Of a stretch of DNA of 29,522 nt, positions 7,613 to 18,000 are shown piece by piece. The position numbers and the translations under genes are program-made. The DNA is taken from positions 1 through 29,522 of IMG/VR virus record IMGVR_UViG_3300042887_003054. One strand, given 5' to 3'. The notes below the pieces were generated by a model that saw only the letters and a program-made list of their open reading frames with translations, had not been told where the DNA came from and ran no database searches. The DNA is from a virus. Taxonomy: Duplodnaviria > Caudoviricetes. The first letter of the stretch is position 1; the number at the start of each line of letters is the position of its first letter.

Positions 7613-10563
7613 TAATTAAGACTAAACGTAAAATTGATACCTACTCTTAAATAGAATGTGTCTTGTGAAAATAACTCATAACAATTCGTATTTGAGACTG
7701 TAAGTTGATTATTATTTATATAATAGTTAAATCCATAACTGTGTAAATCTGTAAGGTAGGTATTAAGAGCATTCAACCAATCATTTGTTGTTGGTGCATC
7801 CGTCGATCCATACCCCTCATAAAACTTTTCTAAGACAATTTGTTGGTTTCCAATTTTCAAATCAACATACCATTCGGATAATATAGAATTCAAATTAACT
7901 TCGGGGTAGGTGTAGGAATTGGATAGTAAACACGCATCGAGTCTATTCGTCAGAATTGAATTGAAAGAATTAATGGAAGACCCGACGGACCAAGGATAGA
8001 TTGAGCATTCTACAGTCTCATCAATACAATCTTGTGTGAAGATGTAACATTCAAGCCAACAATTTTTGCACGGTACAGGAATAATCTGACAACCCCTCTG
8101 TCTTCTATATACAAACTTTTGTCTATGGAATTGTGTATTTTCAACTCTGACTCCCCCATTCCATATAGTTGTTGAAGGAATCATCTGTTCGACCAATCTC
8201 ATCCATCTATCACCAATTTGAATGGTGAAGTCTATCATTTTTTGATATGTAAATTGGTTCGATGGAATTCCGACCGTACTTTGCGAATTCAAATATTTCC
8301 AATACAAAGATTGTAGAAGAGGATAACCTGAAGTTTTACCATCAGTATCATACCATCTATTTGGGACATTGACCATCTTGTTATAGAAAGTCTGAGCAAA
8401 CTCGAAGAAAGTTTTTTGCGTCGGCTTAGGATTGATGACGAAAGGATATGGATCGCCAGGATATGTTATTGTCAAACCTGTAGATGGTATTGGATAGTTA
8501 TATTGAACTGACATATTCCAAACATCATATTCCAATGGTTTTGCAATATTCAGATTCAAATCAATATTTTTAGCATTCAATACAAGTCTATCATCATTGA
8601 GGTAATAATAAGCTTCATATCCCGGTACAGTACTTCTTCTTAATCCAAGTTGTGTATTAGTCCAACTCTTCTGATTGTCGGGGATTGGTTTTAGATGAAA
8701 TCCCATCCTTATTTCAGGGAAAGAAGAGAAAGTATTCAAATACTTGTACCCATAGGTAAAGTTCTGATATTTTGTTACGTTTACGGGGTTAGTTCCTGTG
8801 TATACCGATAAGGTGGTGTCAACCTCGAGAGGTGAAACGTGATATGGTGTTCTATCGTACCAACCCGCACCTTGTTGATAAAAGAAACTATTGTTATTGG
8901 TGGGTGGTTTTGGATAACCCTCATCATCGAACGGATAATCCGATCTAAATAAATTTACAAATTTAATTTGTGTGTCGACAGTATACGCACAATATTGTAC
9001 CCCCTGAAATTGATATATGTTTGAGGTGTCGGAGACAACCACTTCATCAACTTTTGACCCACCCGAAATTTGAGACCAGTAAGCATCGAATTGTTCGACA
9101 TTAATCGGACCATCGGCTAAATAAATTGTTTCATTGAATTCCACCATAGAGTCGGGAGCACCAATCATTCTTAATAAAAACTCGATAGATTTTTTGGTTC
9201 CTTTGGATTTAAAAAGATATGCCGAGTTAAGAATTAAGTTTCTGTAAAATTGGAAGTTAAGTTCGGTAGGTGTATAATCCCTTGAATATCCCGAATAAAT
9301 CGGGTTACTACCAACATTAAAAATTGAATTGAGAAAGTTTTCATTTGTGATTTGTGAAACATCTTCACTCCATCCCAACGTTGTTGCTAAATTAGATAAT
9401 AGTTGGGATGGTATATCACTGTTTGGTAGATTGTAGTGAACAGAATTTATGTACGCAAGTCCATCAATAAATTTTTTTAATTCGTCAAAACTTCTTCCAT
9501 AAATTTGTAATACTTTTTCGACTTTTTGATCTTCCGTGTCGAAATCTTTAAAAGCGCCAGTAGTTAAGAATCTCGAAATAAGATTGGACTTGAATCTGTC
9601 CATCTCCTCTGACAAAGTATTTAATTTTTCGAGATATTGTGTATATAAATTGGTTCTAATATCCAAGTTCCATTGACCATCTAAAGGCCAAGTCACATAT
9701 TCATTACCTGTGTAATTTTGACCATCAGGTGTTTGTCTTGGAACTTTAAAAAAAGCAGTATATCTTGGGATAATTAACCTGTTTAGAAGAAATTTTCCGA
9801 GTTCATCAAAATTTTCCGAAAAAACCATTTCGGTTTTGGTGTCATTCAAACGAATCACCAAGGAGTCAAATGTCGATGTAACTCCTGAGAATGGATTTCC
9901 TTCAACAATAAAAGTTATATAACCCGAAGTTAAGTTTTGTGACGGTGTAAAGTCATTTACAGGATATTCGACACCATTCAAAAACAAAGAATAATTTATG
10001 AATGTTGCTGGTAAATTTCTATATTGCGATATTACTTGTTCTCTTGCCGAAATATTCATCTCGGCATTTTGAGAGAAATCAATATCAAAAGGATTTTTGA
10101 TCCTATCAACATTTATCTTAAATTCAGTTTCATTACCTACCGCATCATATGAAATATCATATGCCGTATTTGCAGATGTATAATCATAATATAATCCATC
10201 CACTTCTAACGCCGCTGGGAAGAAGTTAATCACATGTTGAATTGTTGCCGCAAATCTTTTTTGTAAAGAACCATAAAGTGAATAATTTGTTACTTCAGAT
10301 AAATCGAAGTTTGGAACGACACTAAATTCTTTTGCAAATATTTTTTTTGCCTCAGCAACACTTCTTACTTGTAAATCTTCTAATGAAATAGGTTTAGAAA
10401 AAGATCCGACACTAAATTCTCTGTTGGCCTTTTCAACTATACCTCTTGTAAATTCAAAATTACCTTGAGTGAGACCTCCCCCGTCCACCACCTGAAACCC
10501 GACCAAATTGTCCGAGAAGGTGTTGTTTCCGTTTGCAGGTACTCTGTAATTTCCTGTGGCCAT
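7612..10563 (-). CDS. Putative baseplate wedge protein, T4 gp7 / P2 gpI-like (983 aa)
   Basis: LLSNLATTLGW...YLFKSKGTKKSIEFLLRMIG matches the L..LA...G ... KGT..(S/G)I motif of this family; lies downstream of the gp25-like and gp6-like genes. Confidence 0.65.
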   Translation of the reverse strand: MATGNYRVPANGNNTFSDNLVGFQVVDGGGLTQGNFEFTRGIVEKANREFSVGSFSKPISLEDLQVRSVAEAKKIFAKEFSVVPNFDLSEVTNYSLYGSLQKRFAATIQHVINFFPAALEVDGLYYDYTSANTAYDISYDAVGNETEFKINVDRIKNPFDIDFSQNAEMNISAREQVISQYRNLPATFINYSLFLNGVEYPVNDFTPSQNLTSGYITFIVEGNPFSGVTSTFDSLVIRLNDTKTEMVFSENFDELGKFLLNRLIIPRYTAFFKVPRQTPDGQNYTGNEYVTWPLDGQWNLDIRTNLYTQYLEKLNTLSEEMDRFKSNLISRFLTTGAFKDFDTEDQKVEKVLQIYGRSFDELKKFIDGLAYINSVHYNLPNSDIPSQLLSNLATTLGWSEDVSQITNENFLNSIFNVGSNPIYSGYSRDYTPTELNFQFYRNLILNSAYLFKSKGTKKSIEFLLRMIGAPDSMVEFNETIYLADGPINVEQFDAYWSQISGGSKVDEVVVSDTSNIYQFQGVQYCAYTVDTQIKFVNLFRSDYPFDDEGYPKPPTNNNSFFYQQGAGWYDRTPYHVSPLEVDTTLSVYTGTNPVNVTKYQNFTYGYKYLNTFSSFPEIRMGFHLKPIPDNQKSWTNTQLGLRRSTVPGYEAYYYLNDDRLVLNAKNIDLNLNIAKPLEYDVWNMSVQYNYPIPSTGLTITYPGDPYPFVINPKPTQKTFFEFAQTFYNKMVNVPNRWYDTDGKTSGYPLLQSLYWKYLNSQSTVGIPSNQFTYQKMIDFTIQIGDRWMRLVEQMIPSTTIWNGGVRVENTQFHRQKFVYRRQRGCQIIPVPCKNCWLECYIFTQDCIDETVECSIYPWSVGSSINSFNSILTNRLDACLLSNSYTYPEVNLNSILSEWYVDLKIGNQQIVLEKFYEGYGSTDAPTTNDWLNALNTYLTDLHSYGFNYYINNNQLTVSNTNCYELFSQDTFYLRVGINFTFSLN

Positions 10564-11471
10564 TAACTAATAATTGTGTTAAAGTTTTTACTGAAATCAA
10601 TATTGTCACCTCTATTTTGACGAACCTCATAAAGAAGTTCACTAAATTCGTTTCTGATTTCAAACAAGTTGTATTGTTTGTAAATGTTATTGTCAGAATC
10701 ATAGATTGTGTAAATACCATCCTCCATAGATTTGGTCTGATTCCCGTAAAGAGCAAGAGCCAAGGTAGATGCGTCGTGTTCAACGAGTTCTATTTCGATT
10801 GTTTGAGGATCGAAGAAGGTATTTGTAATGATAATACTTTGATTTGGCTGTCCGATAAATGGAACGGCGGAAGGTTTGTTCGTAGGTGCGGCCGATGGTG
10901 TAAGAGTCAAAAACATAAGGTTTGAACTACCATCAACATATCTATAACGAATTGCTTTTTCTGATGTATTTGTAAGGTTTGTTACAACTGGTTCACAGAA
11001 AAAGGATGAAGTTACAATCCTAAAGAAGTTCGGAATTTTTGTTCCGTCATTATTCAAATATTCAACTCTAAATCCAACCAACCCTTGATTAATGAACTTA
11101 TTTCTGAATTGTTGTGGAACATTATTTAAGTCAATAACAATACCATTCACATTTGGTAATGCCGATAATACACCACAATCGGTGATCAAAGTTCTTATTT
11201 CAATTGGACGGACAACCAAGGTGTAAATACCTAAAGCATTGAACTCTTCGGCGGGAAGTTGTAAATTATAAAGTCCACCAATTACTTCAATATTTGGATT
11301 TCCCCCTGTTACTGTATTGTGAAAATACGGAGTTAGAATGGAAGGTGCATTCAACTTTTTTAAGGTGAAATTATTTGTTACATCCCTTGATTCGGTATAT
11401 AACAAAATGATCTCAACATCTTCGGGTGATACATCCGAAGGTCTTATTGTACCGTAACTACCTAATGCCAT
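10563..11471 (-). CDS. Hypothetical structural (baseplate-region) protein (302 aa)
   Basis: Overlaps both neighbours; no motif recognised. Confidence 0.7.
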   Translation of the reverse strand: MALGSYGTIRPSDVSPEDVEIILLYTESRDVTNNFTLKKLNAPSILTPYFHNTVTGGNPNIEVIGGLYNLQLPAEEFNALGIYTLVVRPIEIRTLITDCGVLSALPNVNGIVIDLNNVPQQFRNKFINQGLVGFRVEYLNNDGTKIPNFFRIVTSSFFCEPVVTNLTNTSEKAIRYRYVDGSSNLMFLTLTPSAAPTNKPSAVPFIGQPNQSIIITNTFFDPQTIEIELVEHDASTLALALYGNQTKSMEDGIYTIYDSDNNIYKQYNLFEIRNEFSELLYEVRQNRGDNIDFSKNFNTIIS

Positions 11472-12552
11472 CCTTATTTAATTTAAAATATTTATAACCG
11501 TATTTGGATAAGTCCCCAAGATTGTCCACTTCACCGAGCCTTTCAAGTGATTCCAATCCCGAAGCTTTATCTCTTTCAATAAATACATTTGATTGTATTT
11601 CCGGTTGACTTACAAACCCAATTAATCTTTCATCTTTAGTTACAAGTGTTGTTTGTAAATTATTTGAATCAAAACCATTCGAATTTATAAAGAATATCGT
11701 CTGTCCGTTGGGGTAATCGTAGTAATCCACACCTTCAATAGTATAAGAAGTATAAAGTGGATTTATAGAGTTAATCTGACCATAAACACCTGAGTTTTTT
11801 ACCAAAGGTTGCCCCACAGGATATTTGTTACTTCCGTATCTACGGAGTTCATTGATCCTTGATTTTGTTTCACCTGAGATCACAAATGGTGTTGTCACAA
11901 AATTCGATGAAAATTCTGAAGACGCATTAAAGTTTGAATCTTCAGTGAAGATATATTGTGCGTTTATCGGAATACCCGACCAGCTTCCTGAATTTGGAAC
12001 AAAATATATCGTTCCTGTAGGATTCGGAACGGGGGCGGGATAATAGGGTATCTGTATCGTCTTCTCAACTATAGATGTCCCCCACTGATTTTCTTGAGTA
12101 ATCTTAACAATATATTTAAAATTTGTAGTTGCATAAGTATGACTTAAAACGTCGAAGGATTCAGTTGTTTCATTAAAAACAAATGTTTCGGTTGAGGTTC
12201 CATCACCCCAATCAATAATATAAGGTGCATCCCTTAAGAAACTTTTGAACTTCGCATCGGAGGTATTTTTAACAATCAAGACATAAGGATTGCCTGAAAA
12301 ATACATCACAAAGTTATTTAATACGTCTTTTTGATGGATAAATCCATCAAATTCAGAATAAAAACCCAAGTCTTTTAAGTTCTTTGTTAAATAAATCGGA
12401 ACAGTCATACCGGTATAGTAAGAAGCTCCGTTTATTCCACCCGAAAGAACTTCGGTCATACCCGAATAGTAACCTATTTGTTCACCATCATAGGTGACAT
12501 CAAAAACTTTTTGTTTAATTACTTCGGGTGATATTTTTATTTTTCTGAACAT
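11458..12552 (-). CDS. Hypothetical structural protein with a PKD-like motif (364 aa)
   Basis: IIDWGDGT...SHTY resembles the PKD-domain signature; TAATG coupling to the upstream gene. Confidence 0.65.
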   Translation of the reverse strand: MFRKIKISPEVIKQKVFDVTYDGEQIGYYSGMTEVLSGGINGASYYTGMTVPIYLTKNLKDLGFYSEFDGFIHQKDVLNNFVMYFSGNPYVLIVKNTSDAKFKSFLRDAPYIIDWGDGTSTETFVFNETTESFDVLSHTYATTNFKYIVKITQENQWGTSIVEKTIQIPYYPAPVPNPTGTIYFVPNSGSWSGIPINAQYIFTEDSNFNASSEFSSNFVTTPFVISGETKSRINELRRYGSNKYPVGQPLVKNSGVYGQINSINPLYTSYTIEGVDYYDYPNGQTIFFINSNGFDSNNLQTTLVTKDERLIGFVSQPEIQSNVFIERDKASGLESLERLGEVDNLGDLSKYGYKYFKLNKDGIR

Positions 12553-13355
12553 TATGAATTTACGTACTCATAGAATTTAATTGGGTTCATAGTTGTTCCG
12601 GCTCTAAATGGATTGTTGAACGTAGATAATGTGTATGTAAAATTATTGTAATTCAAATTTACTTTGTAATAGAAAAAATCCTCGGGATTAAAGTTAGAAT
12701 TATTTCCAGCAATTGTTGATTGAGGTTTATTTATAAGTCTAACAAATTCACCTGTTTTACCATTAAAGAATTTTGCACTCATGTAAAATTCAGTCAAACC
12801 CAACACTTCAACGTCTTTTAACCAATAAATAAAGTATCCCTCCTTATCCCCAATAAAGTCCAATTGATAGTTAGGTTTTCTAATTTCTACTTCGTCACCG
12901 TTTTGTAATGTTACAGGTTCGAACTTTCCTTGTTGGACGGGTAATATGAGAGTCAAGTAAACCTTTTGTATTTCTTTGTTTCTTGAGTCATAAAGATCCA
13001 GTTTGAAAAAAGAATTTGTAAAAGCGTTCGAATAATAATATAATTCGTCATTGGTAAAATCAGTTGTATATGTATTTTTCCAATATGTTGAATTATTTCC
13101 TACGTTTTGTATCGGAACTGAATTATCAAAAAAATAAAACTGATAGTTAGTGCTTGTCAAAGAAAGTGCATACTGCTCATGTGAAAATCGAGCAACCTCA
13201 TAATCAACCGGCGGATTAATAATTTCCTGAACTATTTCATCCGTATAGGTTTCCAACATTTGTTGTCTTCCATAAGGATCGAACTTAACCTCCAAAGGAA
13301 TGGTTAATTTTTTGGATATATTATCCCTTACTAATTTAAATTTATTGACAATCAT
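12552..13355 (-). CDS. Hypothetical structural protein (267 aa)
   Basis: Overlaps both neighbours in the baseplate operon. Confidence 0.7.
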   Translation of the reverse strand: MIVNKFKLVRDNISKKLTIPLEVKFDPYGRQQMLETYTDEIVQEIINPPVDYEVARFSHEQYALSLTSTNYQFYFFDNSVPIQNVGNNSTYWKNTYTTDFTNDELYYYSNAFTNSFFKLDLYDSRNKEIQKVYLTLILPVQQGKFEPVTLQNGDEVEIRKPNYQLDFIGDKEGYFIYWLKDVEVLGLTEFYMSAKFFNGKTGEFVRLINKPQSTIAGNNSNFNPEDFFYYKVNLNYNNFTYTLSTFNNPFRAGTTMNPIKFYEYVNS

Positions 13356-15087
13356 CTGAAATTGGTTGATAGATAATTTGAGTGAAGTTTTTATATTTAC
13401 TTCCTTCAGGGATTAATTTAAATATAAAATTTTTGAATACATAGTTTGCATTATTCGAGAAGGGGTAATCCACACCATTTCCATCCTGATCAATAAAACC
13501 AGGGTCATACAAATCTCTCCAAATCCATTTATTATAATTTTGTGAGTAATAAGCCCAATACGGTAAATTATCTATACCGGTAGAACCATTGAAATTTTCA
13601 ACATACGTTGAGAAACTTCTCACAGGTATTTCATAGTGAGGTTTATAATAATAACCTTCTGATCTAATGTCTGTTGAAAAAACAGATTGATTAAAATTTA
13701 TCTTATGATAATTTTCAGAAATTACAAACTCAGTTTGTGTTGTCTTATTAAATTCACAAAAGTCACCAACCAAAGTGTCGTCTTTCGACAGTGGTTTATT
13801 GTAATAAAAAGTAAAACTAACTCCCCCTCCATTATCTCCTTGTTTTCCGGCTTTACCACCACCCAACCCATTGGATTGCTGATAAGATCCTACATCGAGA
13901 GGTAAAACAGCATTCAAATTGGTGTCTTGCCACCAAGTATTTGTTTCTCCACTTGTAATATTGAAACCCCATCCTGTTTTCAACCCTCCTTTATTTTGAT
14001 TTGGGATTTTTGGTTTGTTAAAATATCCCGCATATCCTTTATTAATAATAGTATGAAACAACTTGGTTACAGGAAGTCCGTTATTGTCGGTCAAACCCGT
14101 AATGACAATATCTTTATCTGAAATTACAGAGTAGGATTGTGTTGCATTTTTGATAGATATTCTTTTTTCATTATTTGGTGTTAAACTCGCATATTCAAGT
14201 TTTTTCTCGGGATTAAAACCATTTAACTCAAAACCCGCTTTCACCACATTTATATCATCATTTGTAACCAAAACTTTATGTTCACGGCAATAATAAATTG
14301 AGGTAGTTTCTTCTACATTTTTGGGATCAATAACTTTTTTAAATGTACCTAAATCACCCTCATTGAAAGTCGATCCGTAACCAATGTCATAAATTGTGAA
14401 TTTGTATATTTCACTCTCAAAATTTTCATCACCAAGGGAATAAATTGGAAATATATTTTTACCATTGAAGGTTACGGGAAGAAGAACATAGTTGAGTTTA
14501 GAAAGATTATGAGGTACAGGACATTCAAAAACCAATAATGGTTTTCCCTTAATTTTTCTTTTTCTGATTTTATAGGGTATACCATTATTAGCTAAAAAAT
14601 TCAAAGCAAAACCTTGATTATCAACCCAAAACATATTTCTATTCACATTTTTGTGAGGATAGGTAATAGCAAAAGACCAATTATACGAATATGCAGAAAC
14701 AGGTTTATAATCTATATGAGAATTATTTGTATCGTTTCTGAAAAAATCAAATTCATAATATTGTGGATAACCACCCCAAGGTTGAGTACCTAAAACAGAA
14801 CTTTCAGGATTTACATAATATAAATTATTTTTGAATTGATCGAAATTTGTAGTTCCGCTTATATTATTATCCATAATAAATTGAAACTTAGATGATATTC
14901 TAAATTTCAAATTTTTATTTCTTTCCGTATTGTATTGATCTTGTAAACTTAAGACACGATTTTGATCACCCTGAACATAATTTCGAGAAGACTGATTTAG
15001 AGTCAAAGGATAGGTCAATCCGTCATTTATACCCCCAATGAATTGGAAGTTGGGTGGAACAATTGATATGTTATCGTAAGTATTCAA
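13342..15087 (-). CDS. Hypothetical structural protein (581 aa), TTG start
   Basis: Long ORF; the TTG start overlaps the upstream TGA stop (TTGA). Confidence 0.7.
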   Translation of the reverse strand: MNTYDNISIVPPNFQFIGGINDGLTYPLTLNQSSRNYVQGDQNRVLSLQDQYNTERNKNLKFRISSKFQFIMDNNISGTTNFDQFKNNLYYVNPESSVLGTQPWGGYPQYYEFDFFRNDTNNSHIDYKPVSAYSYNWSFAITYPHKNVNRNMFWVDNQGFALNFLANNGIPYKIRKRKIKGKPLLVFECPVPHNLSKLNYVLLPVTFNGKNIFPIYSLGDENFESEIYKFTIYDIGYGSTFNEGDLGTFKKVIDPKNVEETTSIYYCREHKVLVTNDDINVVKAGFELNGFNPEKKLEYASLTPNNEKRISIKNATQSYSVISDKDIVITGLTDNNGLPVTKLFHTIINKGYAGYFNKPKIPNQNKGGLKTGWGFNITSGETNTWWQDTNLNAVLPLDVGSYQQSNGLGGGKAGKQGDNGGGVSFTFYYNKPLSKDDTLVGDFCEFNKTTQTEFVISENYHKINFNQSVFSTDIRSEGYYYKPHYEIPVRSFSTYVENFNGSTGIDNLPYWAYYSQNYNKWIWRDLYDPGFIDQDGNGVDYPFSNNANYVFKNFIFKLIPEGSKYKNFTQIIYQPISDDCQ

Positions 15088-18000
15088 TTCCCGTATTTCT
15101 TAATAAATAAATCCAAAGCTGAATTTCCGACCTTCGTACCAAAATAAAAATGAAATGGAGCCCCGATTAGATTTTTATCATAAGGTTCTGAGATTAATTG
15201 CAATGAATTAACATCAAATCTTGGAGTACCATTTTCATCATATAGTGCAAATAGACCAGCTCCAAGTTGTTGATTGAAATAGTCTGAGTTTGCATTTGTG
15301 AAATCTGAATTTTGATATCCATTCGACAAGAAAGGATATTGAGTAATCCAGTTGTTTCCTTCAGAACCAAACCAAGTATCTGAGGTATAAGGGGTTCCAA
15401 AGAATCTTCTCCATTTATAAAATGGAACGTGTTGTGTGTGAGGATATCCAAAATTAATGTATGGTAAAATACCTGGACTAACAACTTTTCTTGTTTCAGT
15501 ATCGGCGGTAAACATTACCGCGAAAAGAAAATCAGAATTACCAAATTGTCTCTCGAAAGAGATTGAATCATAATTATAATTCAACCCTAAAAATGGTAAA
15601 ATACCAAATTCCGATTGATAAGAAACCAATTGAGAAAAATCCCCATCCAATCTTTTATCGGGTCTTGAGAAAAACTGATCTATATTTGCAAATGCATTAA
15701 CACTCAATAATCTTGATATGACATAAAAATTAATTAAGTCCTCCAATGGATTAAAACTTGTTGATTTTAAATTATTAATATTATAACCTTCGAAAGTTTC
15801 CGAATAACAAACAAATTTTGTAAATTGATCCTTGGGTCCTAAGTCCATGATTGTTGTTGGTCTACCCAATTGTTTTGTATTTGCACCTTGATATAAATCG
15901 ATTGAAGATGGTTTTTTAGGACCTGGTTTTCCAACAAAAGTACCACCGAATTGATTTTCTTGTACCGACCAAGGGGATGATCTATAATAAAAACTATTTG
16001 TCTGTTCATTGAAAGCAATCAGATCCTTACAATATGAATAATAGGGTTGATTATCAGAATCATAAAATGTATTCATTTGAAAGGTGGGCATAAACAAGGT
16101 TCCGTTGACCCAATTATTTATAAAATCAAATGAAAAAACATCACGACAAAGAGCAAAAGATATTAAAAATCTATTTCTCCATTCATTGAAATTTGAAATG
16201 TCGTCAACAATTCCTGGAATTTCGTTGAATATTCTGTAACAACCATTCTGAACTTCATCGGGGTTACATCCTTCAGGTGTATCTACTACATTACTAATCT
16301 GAATATCATTATTTTCATCAATATAATAACAATCCAATTCAGTCATTCCTCCGCATTGGAATGATTGTAGAATTTCAGTAATACCAGACCAAGCAGGGTC
16401 ATTAGCACTATCATATTCTTCAACCGAATCTTCATAATTACCAGTATCCCCCGCAGTACCTATATTACCAGCGACTGTATAAACACCTGTCAATTGACTT
16501 GGTTGTGTTGTTAAGGTTCCAAATGTTGTACTACCATAAGTTCCAATATAAAAGTCGGTATTTTGATGGAGAGCAAACCTATTATCAGAGACCTCAGACT
16601 CTAAACCGAGGTTTTGAATATTTGTTGGGGTTGATCCATCTCCTTGGAAGAGTGATCCTTGTTCATTTGTAGAAGCCGGAAGTCTGTCAGATCGAAATAC
16701 CATACCATTCTTATTGTTGTATTGTAAGTTTGGTAAATCATTATACAATTTATATGTATATGACATCAATCTCCCGTTTCCTGGTCGGGGAACTCTGTTT
16801 TTGGAGTTTGATAGTTCTAATGGTGTGTATTCACCATTGTTTCTCTTACAGGATTCATTGGTATAAAATTGAAAGTCCTCAGCATAAAAATCGGGTATAA
16901 TCGCAAGTCTCGAAGTCATGTAGGGCAATCCTTCCACATTATTCCACAAAGTCCCATTGTTTGTGGGAGTAATACCACCTTCTGTTTCGAAAGTAAAATA
17001 ATCATCGTACTGATTTGGAAGTGTGGGTGCGCTTGTATCAACAGGATATTGAAGATAACCACCTAGCGAATTATAACCTGGTTGTTGAATTGACCATTGA
17101 TATATTATGTCATTACTATCGATATTGAAATCATCTCCTAGAAAAACAAAGTGCTCGGTAATACGGCCCGTATCTATATAAAATTTATAGAAATCACTTT
17201 CGAAACTTAAAAAATTCTGTGTATCCGGTTGCCCAGATTTACCAGTGTTTTGATCAGATAATCTTAAGTAAGAATTATAAAATAATTGATTTGAAGGACT
17301 ATTAGTAAAGTTATTATTGAAATTGTGATTTACCGCGGTGGTATAATAGTCATTTGTTTCTGCTAATAGATAATCCGGTGTACTTTGAATTGGTATATTC
17401 AATTTATATTGACCCGTAACAACAGCACCTTCCAGTCCCCACCCATCATAACCGAAAATTCTTGAGAGATCATACGTTATTTCTTGTGCTGGAGTATGAG
17501 GGTCGACACCTCTAACTAAAAACGCAACTTCTAAATTTTGATAATTAGTATGACATTCAATAGGTTTAAACTCAAATGTTCTAATACAATTACATTGATA
17601 ATTATCATTTAAATAATTAATTACAGTATTATATCCATCAGCCACTTGATTATCATCCGGTTGGTAATCATCTCCATTAAATTCTCTATAGGATTTTAAG
17701 GAAATTTCTTGAGTATGAAGTAAGTATTCTTGTATGAAATTTTTTAATACAACATTATTTCCCCCTACCGAATTCGAAATATCAATAAGTTCTGAAATTT
17801 TGAATTTTTTTATGACTTGAAAATATTCAATATCAGTAGGGTATTCAATCTTATATGGTTCATTGGGTACATTTATATAAATGTTTGCCGATGATGAAGA
17901 ATTATTTATATCATCGTAATTCGCATAAGTCACTGTTTTCAACAGTCCACTTCCCCACGTATTTACAAATTCTGTTTCTCCAACATTTGGATCTTCAGAT

